Part shown: positions 9,601-19,702 of the stretch, one piece after another | How positions within the stretch are numbered: the first letter of the stretch is position 1 | Layout of the letters: each line of letters starts with the position of its first letter | IMG/VR virus record: IMGVR_UViG_3300033066_001917 | Coordinates: 96,001-160,000 of that record | Length of the DNA: 64,000 nucleotides | Reading direction: 5' to 3' (one strand) | Source of the DNA: a virus | Taxonomy: Duplodnaviria > Caudoviricetes | Translations under genes and position numbers: made by a program | The notes under the pieces: generated by a model | Seen by the model: only the letters and a program-made list of their open reading frames with translations | The model's database searches: none | What the model was told of the DNA's origin: nothing

Positions 9601-12600
9601 GAATGGAACACCACCGTTTGTATTGGTATTTGAGTTGACAGTTATATCCCCTGTAACATATGAGGATGTAAGGGGATCCCAGAAAGAAGCTGTGTTTGAT
9701 GTGATGTTTAGCTGACACTCTACTGGGTCCAGACCAGAAGTAAGAGCACCACGGGGCTGGGCCGTTTTCACATCAATGGGTAGGGTTACGGTTAGCCTAT
9801 CCGCGGCAATGGTGCATGTCCTAGACCCAACACCACCAACAGACAAGGCAGAATCATGGTAGCCTCCGGTTCGTGTGATTCCAGGGGAGGGGTTTGTTGG
9901 GTTGAATGGGGTGAAGTCGAAGAAAGGATTTGCCGTTCTCACCTCAATCACTTGAGGGTGGAACCTTAAACCCCCGGCATTCACGGCTTGTTGGCTAGCT
10001 CCGTTATCCCCGGATACCGTGAAGGATGAAGCCAGGATGTTTGCCCCTGTTCCGGAGTTTGTGAGAACAACTGTTGTGTTTACTTGAAAGTGGCCGTCAG
10101 TGCGGACAAGTTTGATGGACAATCTTGTCCCAACATCACATTGAGAAAGAAAATCATTATATCCACCAACTGGGATGGGTAGGGAACCACCCCCAGTCCC
10201 ATTATCAAGGACAAAATCAGCCGGTGGTGTGGACTCAAAATCAAACGTCGTGATGACGATTCCAACCGTGGTGGTATCTTCGGTCACAACGACACCACTG
10301 ACTCCGCCCCCAAACCACGTTTGAAGATTATCTATTGTCAAATCTACAGCCGATGCCAATAAGGTAGGGGCTACAAATCTTGGGGGCTCTATGACGGAAG
10401 GTGTTCCGTGGGTCACCAACCCAACAGTCATGATTCCCGACGAGCCGGGGGGGGTGGTTACCTCGGGCTGTACCAGAACTACATCATAGGGCCGCAGGGA
10501 ACCCACCCCCCTGTGCCCGGGGGACGGATAAACAGTTGCTGATGGTTGTAGATCCGTGTCGGTCAAAAGGGCGCTTGGGTATGCCGTGTCATAAGGATCA
10601 ATCGCCCCGTCATTGTCGCCTATTTCATCCGGGTAGAGGGCTTCGACAATGTAAGTGTCTACACGTGCAGGGGTCGCTGGTGGTGGGGTTACCGAATCGC
10701 CATACAAGATAGCATCCCCTGGACCAGCAAGGCTTCCCAGCATCTCAATTTCCGATGGTGTCAGAGACGTGTAGGGGAGCCTGTAATCCCCGTTGTCTTT
10801 TTTGGACTCACCCCTCAAGGCCGGTATGTTCAAAGGCTCTACCTGACCGTTTTGGAAGGCAACAACACCCTCTACCGTTCCCATTGGTGGAGGTGGCTTC
10901 TGTCCCGTTATTTCTTTGAGTCCGAATAGGGTTGGGTCACCGAACGACGGGAGGGTTATGTCCAGAATGTCTCCTGTTTTGGGCGAGTACCCAACGTCTG
11001 TGCCTATCCTGTACCCCGGTAGGGCGGTAAGCAAAGTTGCGAGTTCGGAAGCCGTGGGTGGGTCCGAAAGTGTGGGAGATGAAGCACTGTTGGGTATGAC
11101 TAATAAAGTATCCCCCCGTACCGGATCATAGGGAATTCCCGTAGTTTCACCCGTCATAACAACGAGGGTGGATGGATCCGTGATGGGTACGTCGGCCCCC
11201 CCAATGGTCTTTCCCTTGAAAGTAACGGCTGTCCCCTTATATATAGAGTTTACATAAACCCCACCATATCGGCTTGTCCCATCCACATCTAATGTGGTTC
11301 CGGTGTAAGCCAAAGCCCGAATCGATCCATCTGGAAGACCTATGGCTAAAGCATCCCCAGGACGAAAAGGCGGAGTGTGGAGATCAACGCATCCGGTAGA
11401 GATATCATCAACCCCTGTAGGAGTTGGTCCCAAGCTTTGAGATGCAAGTCGCGAAGTATCCGGCAATCCACCGAGGACAGGAAATTCCGCGAAGGGTACT
11501 TGGGCCAAAAGTACGGTCGGGATACCGGAAGTAGCGGCTTCAAGCGAGGCAAATCCTGTTGGGCTATAGTCCCACACCCTGGCCCTGGCGGATCTGTCCT
11601 TAAGGGACAATCCCAGGACGTTCCCCACCACACCAAGAGTTGGGTTTTCCAGTTTCCCGATAGGTTGTCCCGTGGTGGATTGGAGGTCTACGGATAGACT
11701 TGGGGCGAACAGGTTGAGGGTCAGTTTCCCAGCACTATATACCCCATAATTCCCACCCTCGGCACCGATACCTGGACCTAAAGTCGTGAAAACATTGGTC
11801 CGTTCCGGGAAAATCCTAGAGAAAGGTGATGGTGTCGCCAGAGGTAGGAAAGAGCCATATCCTTTGATCCGATATGTGATGAAACCACTCAAAGATCGGC
11901 TTATCCGCTCTCTTGCTACAAGAGCCACGTCATCCAGGTCATTCTGAATTTTCCCACTCTGGAGACCCATGATGGAGGCAAAAGAAGAAGGGTCCTGGAA
12001 TGACCCGTCAGGTCTTCCTTTTCCATCTACGGATGCACCAATAGGACTGATGATGGGGTCCTCTGGGGTCAGCCGAATAGTTGCTTCTCCCGCGCGGAGT
12101 CCGGACCACACTTCTACCCACAGGTTTCTTGGGTTGATAGCTCCTGTCAGTGGATCCTCGTGGCCCGGTGGGACCCACCGATTACCCGGACCTACGCGGA
12201 ATCGGAACTTACCATCCGAGTCCCCAATGGGGTTGCCATCAACAACCTCAAGTATTTGCTCAAAAGATGTGCAGATACCATTGTAGAAAGCCAAAAATGC
12301 TCTGGCAACCCTATCCCTATTGACAAGCACTACCCTTTCTGAGTTCAAGGATTGATTCCCGTGGTCATCTCCGGAGGGTGGGATTGGATCCCATGATATG
12401 ACACTGGATACGGCTGTCTCCACGTAGTCCGCAAAGGGTAAAATCCGAGCATAAAAGCTATCCGGAGAATCATAGCTATATGTCCCCAAGAGGTTCCTTC
12501 CGGGATACGTAGGGAGGGTTATAGCCCCAAACGAAGCTGCAACTCTGGGATTTAGGGTCTGTCCCTCGAATACTTTTGGTTTAAGGGTTCTCCTATCCGT

Positions 12601-15600
12601 TCGGAACAGTCGGATGGTTTGATTCAGGTTTAATCCGGTGATCAGAGTCAGATTTCCCGTGTCCGGGTCTAAATTGAAGTCCCTACCCTCCAAGAGGGTT
12701 TCCCCGGGTAGTGATCCTTCCCACCTAACGGCAATATAGTTTTCCGTGGCAACAAGAGAACTGGATCCAAGAATAGTTTTTGCCCCATCCGGGTAAATTG
12801 GCCTCGTGGAAATCCTCAGACTAGATGCTGCCATTCCGGACGACCAAGAACCAGAGCGAATCACGGATGAAGCCAGGGTGATAGTGGTGGTTCTCCCATC
12901 CGCAGCGAGAGATGCCCCAGAGATTACATAGGGCACCCCAAAAGCCTCTAAGATATGACCCGCGATTGCATACCTCGTGAAATCTCCGGAGAGAACAACA
13001 CTGGTAGTACCGACCAGAAGAGGCTCGAATTGTGGGACTGATGTGACCCCATAGGCCATTGGGAATGTTGCCAGGAATCCAGAATCCACGTTAGGGATGG
13101 ACACACCATCCACTGAAGGGGTGATGGCCCGATCCGTCACGAAGCATATTTGGTCCTCACCGGGGGCGAGGGATCCCGCACCGTTAGGGGGCGGAGGAAA
13201 AATAGTTACAACGGTGTTGGCACCATTTAGGGTGACCGTTTTGAGGTAGGTTGCAAATCCCCCAAGCCGAATCATTCTCCCGGGTGCCATTTCAGCCCTT
13301 CGATCCCCGGAGAAGGTCAAAATGCTTTGATTTCTTCCGATGGAGAAAGGAGGTCGCCACACTGGTGGTTGTGAAACCGTGTAAGTTGTTTCCCCACCAA
13401 TGGTTTCCAGAACGGCATAACTTATCGTCACCACCGTGCCTTCGGCTATGGGGTCCTGGAAACTAATAGTAGATGCCTCGAAGTTCACGGATGACGCCGA
13501 GGGGACGCCGTATGATGTCATCCTCGCCCCAGCATACACTCGGGGTTCGACTGAAACATCCAACTCTCTACCCATGGGGTTGAAGCTATATACTTGCTCC
13601 GACACCCGTGTAGCCACTTCCCGACGAATGAAAGAAGGGAGGACTTCCGTTACAATCGCGGGTTGGCCATTTACAACAATTTTTTCCCCTGTCGAATCTT
13701 TGGCTTTTGTGTAGGTGGCTTCTACAAGTCTTCCGGCGGGTACAGGTTGACGGAAAGTAAATGAACCAAGGATGGGGTTGATTGAGCCATCCAACCCAGG
13801 AACCATTCGAGTTGCGAGGTAGATTTTACTCCCCGTCCTAGTTGCTGTAGCTGCTAACGAAATAGCTACTTCTCCCGTAGTGGGGATTATCTCACCTCTG
13901 CCATCAGGGATCAAAGCTGGGGGTAGGATCCCCTCCACATAGAACACCTCCGACCCCTCGTAATCTCGAAGAACGGCGGCACCAAATTTTAGGTTTCCAG
14001 CACCTGAACCACTCTGGATATACTCCACAGTGGAACCCGGATCCGGGGAGAAAGTAGAAACAGGAATGAGGTCTACCCCATGAGTGTAGGTTTTTGATCC
14101 TACTCGAACGGAGAAAGAAGCCGATGCCAGTCTATCCCCCGTAGGTACGGACAGGGAATCATTTGCTATAGGACCCAAATTTCTTTGGATCAACTTAGTC
14201 AAAGTCACCCACAAAGGAGGGGTTGATGCGATTTTTGCTCTAACTTCGGCGCCGTCCTGAAGAGTTCCCACGGGTTGAAGTGACCCACCGGCCAAACCAA
14301 TCTGTTGAAGAACCTCAATCGAAAATGGATCCTCTTGCAGATGATTGAATTCCCTGTACGTTACATCAGCCAGGATTGATGGATCGATCTCGCCTGGGGA
14401 TACTCCTTCTCTGAGTTCCCAACTTTTGTATGACCCACCGTTGCTTTCTGTGAATGATGGGGTCACCGAAAGGGTGTGTGAGCCAACACCTATTACGGTT
14501 CGATAGGCTCCACCAATACCCAGGAGGTCCCCCACTTCGGCAACGCCAACGAAAGTTGCGCTCTCATCCGTAAAAGTAGGGCCTACACCATATTCTCCTC
14601 TCCCCCCGCTCAAAATGAGACCCCCAACTCTATCAATCAGGGTTGCGGATCCGCCGGACAATAGATAATCGGTTCCTTGATTGAGGTGAACATAAGCACC
14701 ACCCCCTTCGGCCACTTTTAGGTATCCCCCAACAGCGTCATAAAGGGTGTCCCCGATCAAACCGGCGTTCTCGAAGTCAATAGCGTTGATGGTGGTTGTT
14801 ACATTGCCTCCAAAAGAAGCGCGGGCAATCCAACCAACGCGCTTTGTCGGGAATAGATAGGTAGCATTGTCAAATTGACGAAGATAGGACCCCCCGGAAA
14901 CTCTAAAATACACCCCAAAATCGTAACCCGGCAAATCTTCCCTTGGTACCTGATTCAGGAAAACATACGGAGATTGTTGGATGGGTCCTAGATTTTCATC
15001 CCTTAGAGTTGAGATGATTTGAGTGTCCGGAGTTTCTTCCGCACAATGAAGGCCAAATGTGGGCCCGCCTTCTGGACACCAATTACTGTCGTTTGAGTCA
15101 TAAGTGCCCTCCGTCACCGCATAGGACCCAGGGATGAACCCCAACGCTTCACATCCGGAAAGAGCAATTTGCCCCCCCGTGCCGAACCCTATAGATGCAC
15201 GGGTAATACCTTGAATTACGAGTTTGTTGTCTACAACAGAACAAGACCCAGGTGCACTGGCAATGGCGATGTTAAGAGACAGAGCTACGGCGTCAGCCGT
15301 GTGTGTCCCACCACCGAGAACTACGGCAGACCAGTTAACCGTAGTGCTCCCCAGGAGAAATGTGAGCGTTTCAGTTCCCAGTAATGTGTAGGGTCCCGTT
15401 TTACAACTAACTATTTCGATTCCCTCGGGATAGGTGGAGGGGACAAAGTCAGCTTGTGTGAAATATACAAGGTTCCCTTTGAGGGCATTCCCTACATCGG
15501 ATCCAAATACCACCTTACTCCCTAAGGATCCGTGTTTCTCAAGGGATACATACACAGTCCCCTCCGGCATACCATATGTTTCAGATGGTAGGTCTTCCTC

Positions 15601-17226
15601 AAACCCAACACCAATCAAATTGGTAAATCTCCCACCTTTTCCGAAAAGAATTGTGTCTCCGGTACCCGCGGTGAGTTTCCGCACAAGACCCGACCCGTTC
15701 GGACGGGACGTGGGTTGAGTTGAGGTATTAGGTACCACTCCTGTCCCGTCCGGAACCACTACAATGCCCGAAACACCTGTTCCTGGAAGTAATGTGGCAT
15801 CCGGTATATAGAGGTTGACGCCATCCTCATAGACCACCGGAGTACCACCATCACCCACCAATGCTACGGGAGCTATGGTTGGTTGTGGGTGACGGTTGAG
15901 TGTCACCCCATCGTAAAATACCTTTGCACCTAAATACAGGGGGTCAAAGTAAGGGTTTGGTGTGTTATGTGTGCCGGGGTTGGAACGGCTCAAATCCTGG
16001 GCATTGAATTTCAATTTCCCCGTCGTTCGAGCTACACCTACGGATCCAGATGGCACGCTAAGAGCTGCAAGGCTAGTCTCATTGAGAACTAGAATAACCC
16101 TCAGGTAAGCTCTCTGTCCAACCTTGATGAGCGGATACTCCCCATACTGTGGTATTGGGGACAGAAACAAATCTGTGTTAGTGTAGGGGCCTACTTCTCC
16201 AGTAACCCCGTAGAAACTGTCTTGAGATGACCATATAGTCATCCCCTCATAAGAGGACACAAATCCTGGGTTCCATACCAGAGATCCACCCACACCAACC
16301 ACGCCCGCCAGAGGTGGTGTGGTTGTGTTGAAATTATAGTCAGAGTTTGCTTCCTCATCACTAACCACTAAGATCCCGGAGTAGGGTCCAGTAGTGCGAA
16401 AAACTACTGGATAGCTGGTTTCATTTGGAGACGAACCCAGTCGGATTAATGCGGACCCAGATGGTGTTCCGGGGAGATAACCCCCAATTGGTGTATTGGG
16501 AGCCTGGATAATGTAGGCCGATGATGGCTTCATGAGCCCAACATTTATTGGCCCACCACCTTTGAGCGGTTCCCATCGTTGGCTGGATCCATTCCAGGAG
16601 AATCTCTTACGTGTGTCGTTCCTAGACCACCAGAATTTTGACCGCTGGGCGTAGTATCTAACACTTACCGTGTCTCCGCGGAGCGAGGATATTGCTACGG
16701 GGGATCCAACGGGTACATATACCGCTGAACGCACTGTGGGCGTGTCTTGCAGTGTGAGTTTTCTTGTGGGTCCGTCCGCAATAACATCCACACCCACGGC
16801 TAAAGTAACATCTGTGGTCGTACCCCCCCTTCGAAAAACCACGCTAGTGAAAGCGCCAATGGTTTCATCTCCGAGAATGGTGACAACGTTAGATCCATCG
16901 GTTCTGGTGCCCGTGTTGCTGGTAGGGTCCAGAACGGTCATCCCCCTGTTCGGAATATCCGACATCCCATCTTTGGCCCACGACCCATCCTCAATCGTGG
17001 TTAGGGACCCAGAGTTTGCAGCCCATACCAAATATCCGCCTGTGCCAGTAAGTGATGTCCGGACTCGATATCTCTCGGCCGCAACCTCAATTAGTATGGG
17101 TTGCCCTGAAGGGTAGCCCGAGGGGGCCCCCCCAACATACTTTGGGACATTAGCATCCGCAGTCATGCCAGAGGGATTGGAAGGGGAAGATTTGGCCCCG
17201 TCCAGGACGAACCCGTCAAAACTCAT
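6634..17226 (-). CDS. Giant virion structural protein (3530 aa; baseplate/tail-associated)
   Basis: 10.6-kb uninterrupted ORF, G/T/S/P/V-rich beta-type composition typical of jumbo-phage structural proteins. Confidence 0.7.
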   Translation of the reverse strand: MSFDGFVLDGAKSSPSNPSGMTADANVPKYVGGAPSGYPSGQPILIEVAAERYRVRTSLTGTGGYLVWAANSGSLTTIEDGSWAKDGMSDIPNRGMTVLDPTSNTGTRTDGSNVVTILGDETIGAFTSVVFRRGGTTTDVTLAVGVDVIADGPTRKLTLQDTPTVRSAVYVPVGSPVAISSLRGDTVSVRYYAQRSKFWWSRNDTRKRFSWNGSSQRWEPLKGGGPINVGLMKPSSAYIIQAPNTPIGGYLPGTPSGSALIRLGSSPNETSYPVVFRTTGPYSGILVVSDEEANSDYNFNTTTPPLAGVVGVGGSLVWNPGFVSSYEGMTIWSSQDSFYGVTGEVGPYTNTDLFLSPIPQYGEYPLIKVGQRAYLRVILVLNETSLAALSVPSGSVGVARTTGKLKFNAQDLSRSNPGTHNTPNPYFDPLYLGAKVFYDGVTLNRHPQPTIAPVALVGDGGTPVVYEDGVNLYIPDATLLPGTGVSGIVVVPDGTGVVPNTSTQPTSRPNGSGLVRKLTAGTGDTILFGKGGRFTNLIGVGFEEDLPSETYGMPEGTVYVSLEKHGSLGSKVVFGSDVGNALKGNLVYFTQADFVPSTYPEGIEIVSCKTGPYTLLGTETLTFLLGSTTVNWSAVVLGGGTHTADAVALSLNIAIASAPGSCSVVDNKLVIQGITRASIGFGTGGQIALSGCEALGFIPGSYAVTEGTYDSNDSNWCPEGGPTFGLHCAEETPDTQIISTLRDENLGPIQQSPYVFLNQVPREDLPGYDFGVYFRVSGGSYLRQFDNATYLFPTKRVGWIARASFGGNVTTTINAIDFENAGLIGDTLYDAVGGYLKVAEGGGAYVHLNQGTDYLLSGGSATLIDRVGGLILSGGRGEYGVGPTFTDESATFVGVAEVGDLLGIGGAYRTVIGVGSHTLSVTPSFTESNGGSYKSWELREGVSPGEIDPSILADVTYREFNHLQEDPFSIEVLQQIGLAGGSLQPVGTLQDGAEVRAKIASTPPLWVTLTKLIQRNLGPIANDSLSVPTGDRLASASFSVRVGSKTYTHGVDLIPVSTFSPDPGSTVEYIQSGSGAGNLKFGAAVLRDYEGSEVFYVEGILPPALIPDGRGEIIPTTGEVAISLAATATRTGSKIYLATRMVPGLDGSINPILGSFTFRQPVPAGRLVEATYTKAKDSTGEKIVVNGQPAIVTEVLPSFIRREVATRVSEQVYSFNPMGRELDVSVEPRVYAGARMTSYGVPSASSVNFEASTISFQDPIAEGTVVTISYAVLETIGGETTYTVSQPPVWRPPFSIGRNQSILTFSGDRRAEMAPGRMIRLGGFATYLKTVTLNGANTVVTIFPPPPNGAGSLAPGEDQICFVTDRAITPSVDGVSIPNVDSGFLATFPMAYGVTSVPQFEPLLVGTTSVVLSGDFTRYAIAGHILEAFGVPYVISGASLAADGRTTTITLASSVIRSGSWSSGMAASSLRISTRPIYPDGAKTILGSSSLVATENYIAVRWEGSLPGETLLEGRDFNLDPDTGNLTLITGLNLNQTIRLFRTDRRTLKPKVFEGQTLNPRVAASFGAITLPTYPGRNLLGTYSYDSPDSFYARILPFADYVETAVSSVISWDPIPPSGDDHGNQSLNSERVVLVNRDRVARAFLAFYNGICTSFEQILEVVDGNPIGDSDGKFRFRVGPGNRWVPPGHEDPLTGAINPRNLWVEVWSGLRAGEATIRLTPEDPIISPIGASVDGKGRPDGSFQDPSSFASIMGLQSGKIQNDLDDVALVARERISRSLSGFITYRIKGYGSFLPLATPSPFSRIFPERTNVFTTLGPGIGAEGGNYGVYSAGKLTLNLFAPSLSVDLQSTTGQPIGKLENPTLGVVGNVLGLSLKDRSARARVWDYSPTGFASLEAATSGIPTVLLAQVPFAEFPVLGGLPDTSRLASQSLGPTPTGVDDISTGCVDLHTPPFRPGDALAIGLPDGSIRALAYTGTTLDVDGTSRYGGVYVNSIYKGTAVTFKGKTIGGADVPITDPSTLVVMTGETTGIPYDPVRGDTLLVIPNSASSPTLSDPPTASELATLLTALPGYRIGTDVGYSPKTGDILDITLPSFGDPTLFGLKEITGQKPPPPMGTVEGVVAFQNGQVEPLNIPALRGESKKDNGDYRLPYTSLTPSEIEMLGSLAGPGDAILYGDSVTPPPATPARVDTYIVEALYPDEIGDNDGAIDPYDTAYPSALLTDTDLQPSATVYPSPGHRGVGSLRPYDVVLVQPEVTTPPGSSGIMTVGLVTHGTPSVIEPPRFVAPTLLASAVDLTIDNLQTWFGGGVSGVVVTEDTTTVGIVITTFDFESTPPADFVLDNGTGGGSLPIPVGGYNDFLSQCDVGTRLSIKLVRTDGHFQVNTTVVLTNSGTGANILASSFTVSGDNGASQQAVNAGGLRFHPQVIEVRTANPFFDFTPFNPTNPSPGITRTGGYHDSALSVGGVGSRTCTIAADRLTVTLPIDVKTAQPRGALTSGLDPVECQLNITSNTASFWDPLTSSYVTGDITVNSNTNTNGGVPFTFKARSSVIPSVYGVGRFFGGTGSLKVMAWEGYENIPIEASNITFKALPTARQTATDPIFNGEVVCDEAFNPPTLSPRLNRFTPQATLSGDVSNVLPGDLLVIRSLTDGASAIPTASGKAGTYCIRNVIKATHGTDERRATLSANTGDNNWLGIEFPSVVSITTLAPYNLTISANQEVPFVKTFGGVPLTYTRVFKPTGRVFLIVRPDLLDSTNSALYATAIYSAAYGSISGAGDTTFANLTDFRDGLGNVISSGVFIAAAQVGVPVSGMALAPVSPQAVGIPENYSGYTNATAAPGNRSFFGFRSVVGSRGVSNVTLDATTNGNLEGTATVLSIYEKVKVPSTTLTAEDDPVYDHIPGVIDFSGFNWDDIHTVGAFIPAGARCFLPGDRWVANYSAAAGIYVEPSFPRVGNNLGSVNVNVVDATHSLAANAVGARSVSTYFDSSIIPPLQSFLEIAQAEVRRPRRWGTRNEDLTSPFGDLRYAYEIRRGVVASVTTTNGVCTLVAEPVDGHQLPFPIGGGKATQLGDFTDKRVNINPGDSIRFISPSGTTLTTSEIVGVQNQILTLVACEETIAPGTRFEVILRTPPVPHEQSVAELADLATDRVILDRRCNYTTQQGGKVTYVPNADPQTAYDQSVNKLTDTDPTVTYTNVEMGDLVVVDPAGSLAGPTGTAPIPEQGQPPTGDLGVSSRGADYTPGTPRKCDDNRGFYRVAAKSNGVLTVTAEENNLAGDRGNPDIVFGPSNAAYAIYPTVHGSNLSGSGNGLEGQMDLRPTAFPDAFNSYMGTWLSVAPFSYRILRPSTKLSDETINLIFSTRERTLSWIDVMRNISEINHGGGYRVFQSEEHISKLGYLPDFDTGWGIMSNGLIASVFGRTLVTPFSNNALCLSILDRRFWLGDISLDHEHPPYGSTDPYADFENGVGKPVLPNRITISLDQTDKLRATRDAWISTRSHRVTGTLEAIRRFDSALQGRIKQLKQKALAIRSTR

Positions 17227-17234
17227 ATGTCACC

Positions 17235-17828
17235 TTATGCAATTGAGGATACCGAGGTCCCAACACCAGGGGTTGGTCCCACGGGGCCACTCGGAGATAC
17301 AATACCACTACCAGGAATGGTTACTCCAGTGCGGAGAATCGATGCAATACCATTAGCGAGAGATAGATAGAACCCGGGTACCATCGATCCACTGCCCCCT
17401 AAAGTAGAACACAACCCACGGTGAGTGGATTCCAAAAGTGACGCTAAAGTGGGGGTATTAACCGAGGATACCATGCTAATATCGGTCCCCGAAGATACGC
17501 CCGCCGATATCCCCCTGTATTGCGCACCGGACATGGCTTCACTCAAACCCAACGTGAGAGCCCTGGCAAATCGTTCGGACTGACTACCACCCACACCGCC
17601 CGCTCTTAAATTTTGTACCACATCCGGCACAGTGCCGAGGAAAATCATGTTTCCAGTGGTTGTTCCGGATCCTGTAGCTCCCGCAGTGATACCATTGAGC
17701 ACCACGCCGGACCCTATCCACGGCGGGAGTGCCAAACCAATCGCACTAGTGATTGTGTGAAATGAGGGGCCGCCTGGGAAATCAGCAGCTTGGTTAATCG
17801 ATCGGGTGATATTCGCCGGTATAAGCAC
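17235..17828 (-). CDS. Gly-rich probable virion protein
   Basis: 197 aa, G/S/T-rich, directly upstream of giant gene. Confidence 0.55.
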   Translation of the reverse strand: MLIPANITRSINQAADFPGGPSFHTITSAIGLALPPWIGSGVVLNGITAGATGSGTTTGNMIFLGTVPDVVQNLRAGGVGGSQSERFARALTLGLSEAMSGAQYRGISAGVSSGTDISMVSSVNTPTLASLLESTHRGLCSTLGGSGSMVPGFYLSLANGIASILRTGVTIPGSGIVSPSGPVGPTPGVGTSVSSIA

Positions 17829-17831
17829 AAA

Positions 17832-18338
17832 TCACTTGACTTTCTTCCAATCCTCTCCCCGTTTCCAAGACCATTCGGAAATAATCTTATGGTCTCCGCT
17901 GGCCAAGACTCGTTCAATCGAAATCTCGGCCGTACGGTAGTAATCAGGGATTGCTTTGGTAAGTTCCTTACCACCTGTATAAGGGCTTCGGAGCTTATAC
18001 AGGTCCACCGTCCCAAGGTGGCCCTTGTCTATTCCTTTTTCCCATTGTGTTGTGATGTCTTTGACAATATCGGATAGAGACTTACTTGCTTCTTTAGCTG
18101 AAGCATACGTAAATCTTGCCCAGGCCAATGGTTTAATAAGGACATCGTGGGTCTGGACGGGAGACCCAGGGTCGGTTCTGTAGTCCCTCATAGCGGCTCT
18201 GAGTTTGATCTCAAAGGTTACCCCCGATACCTGATTGGCTGCTGATTTCATCCCCTCTGTTACGATAGGAAGAAGATGGGGACGCAGAGACGGGTTCTCA
18301 TAGGCTAGGCGGATGACTTTAGATCGGAGATGGCTCAT
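17832..18338 (-). CDS. Hypothetical protein with N-terminal LRSxxIRLAxxN motif (putative head-packaged protein)
   Basis: MSHLRSKVIRLAYENPSLRPHLLPIV; GAGGAG SD. Confidence 0.6.
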   Translation of the reverse strand: MSHLRSKVIRLAYENPSLRPHLLPIVTEGMKSAANQVSGVTFEIKLRAAMRDYRTDPGSPVQTHDVLIKPLAWARFTYASAKEASKSLSDIVKDITTQWEKGIDKGHLGTVDLYKLRSPYTGGKELTKAIPDYYRTAEISIERVLASGDHKIISEWSWKRGEDWKKVK

Positions 18339-18379
18339 GTTCTCTCCTCAACCATAGAGTTTCAACCGTAAGGATGGGG

Positions 18380-19123
18380 ATGAAACCATCCACCACCCCC
18401 AAAGACAGACTCCTGGAAACTATTCAGACCATTGAAGAACACAGGCCCATAGCACAATCGGGCGAACTAACAGAAACATTCGCTAATATGCTTCGGGGTA
18501 TGCTTCATGGATTAATCATTGCTTCTTATGAGGAGTGTTTTGGTAGAGATACAACGGCTACGGTGTCCTGTTATCGTCATAACACCAAAAGCCGTTCGGC
18601 TAAAATCATTCTTGAAGAAGCGAGAAGCATCATCAGCGAGCTGTGGCCAGATGGAAACCAGCAAGAAACCTTTTTCTCCCAGCCTATTTTTCTTGGCGGC
18701 GGGGAAGATTATTCGGTTTTTCAAATCAACCGATTGCTTGGGCAAGTCAGACGAACTCTATCTTTGTTGAGTGGATTGCAACAAGCCCCGATGTCCACCG
18801 ATGAGATGAGTCAGGCTCAAGAGTGGGAGGGTCATCAATTGAAGCTTGAACACCAGGGTCTTGTTCGAAGCATTGTGATGGCTCTTGGGGGGGAGGTTGT
18901 CCTTCGACCCCTTGACCTACCCCTTTGGGTGACGGAAACAACCACCCGAGAGCTCCGAGAGGAGACAGGGAAAAAGTTAGTGGCTTGCGGTGCCATTATT
19001 GAGGCTGAGGACGCTTGTAGCATCCGATGGCGGGGGAGCGAAAAACTTCTGGCCTTTGTCTCCTCATGGCCGGGAGTTGTACGTGGCTCTACCTACACGA
19101 CCCCGGAATTTCTGATGCCGTAG
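18380..19123 (+). CDS. Hypothetical protein
   Basis: ORF 18374-19123; GTAA-N8-ATG favours start at 18380. Confidence 0.6.
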   Translation: MKPSTTPKDRLLETIQTIEEHRPIAQSGELTETFANMLRGMLHGLIIASYEECFGRDTTATVSCYRHNTKSRSAKIILEEARSIISELWPDGNQQETFFSQPIFLGGGEDYSVFQINRLLGQVRRTLSLLSGLQQAPMSTDEMSQAQEWEGHQLKLEHQGLVRSIVMALGGEVVLRPLDLPLWVTETTTRELREETGKKLVACGAIIEAEDACSIRWRGSEKLLAFVSSWPGVVRGSTYTTPEFLMP

Positions 19124-19133
19124 ACCTTTTAAC

Positions 19134-19679
19134 TTACTTATCCCGAAAGTAAGGGAGCGAGAACCGCACCATAAGACCATTGAGTCCGGTTTTGGGGCTG
19201 GTATATGGCTCTATTGCAACTTGAAGCTGGGAATCCATCAAATGGACTCTATCCCAGTACGGTTCCATGATTTTTTCATACCGATCTTTGTCACGAAAAG
19301 CGATATCTTCGTATTGCTCCGCCGCCATGTCTTTGTCTTCTGCCGCCATGTCCCGACATCTCAAGAGAACTTCACGCTCTAGTCGAGTTAGGTTTAGGCT
19401 CCTTATGGCACTATCATTGTCCAGAATATAGGCTACCCCATTCTTTGCTCGTGGCCATAAATCGGCCACATATCCAGCGACGTTGGCCGGATTGATAGTC
19501 CCAGCGGTTCCCCAGTGGGTGGGAATGGCCATGACATTCCCCTCATAGGCCGGGTTCGTGGTCCTGGGTTGCTTAATCATGGCCACCTTTCCATCGGTAA
19601 CAATTACCGGAAGGATGCAGGATTTGATAGCCCGATTTTGATGCGCGAGTCGAATAAGTTGACTTCGGAGAGAGCCCAT
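19134..19679 (-). CDS. Hypothetical protein with N-terminal LRSxxIRLAxxN motif
   Basis: MGSLRSQLIRLAHQNRAIKSCILPVIV. Confidence 0.6.
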   Translation of the reverse strand: MGSLRSQLIRLAHQNRAIKSCILPVIVTDGKVAMIKQPRTTNPAYEGNVMAIPTHWGTAGTINPANVAGYVADLWPRAKNGVAYILDNDSAIRSLNLTRLEREVLLRCRDMAAEDKDMAAEQYEDIAFRDKDRYEKIMEPYWDRVHLMDSQLQVAIEPYTSPKTGLNGLMVRFSLPYFRDK

Positions 19680-19702
19680 GCGAGACCGGAAAGATAGGAA
19701 GA

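Noticed and set aside
4153-17356. Numerous plus-strand ORFs inside the structural block
   Set aside because: Antisense shadows of long minus-strand genes with no motifs.
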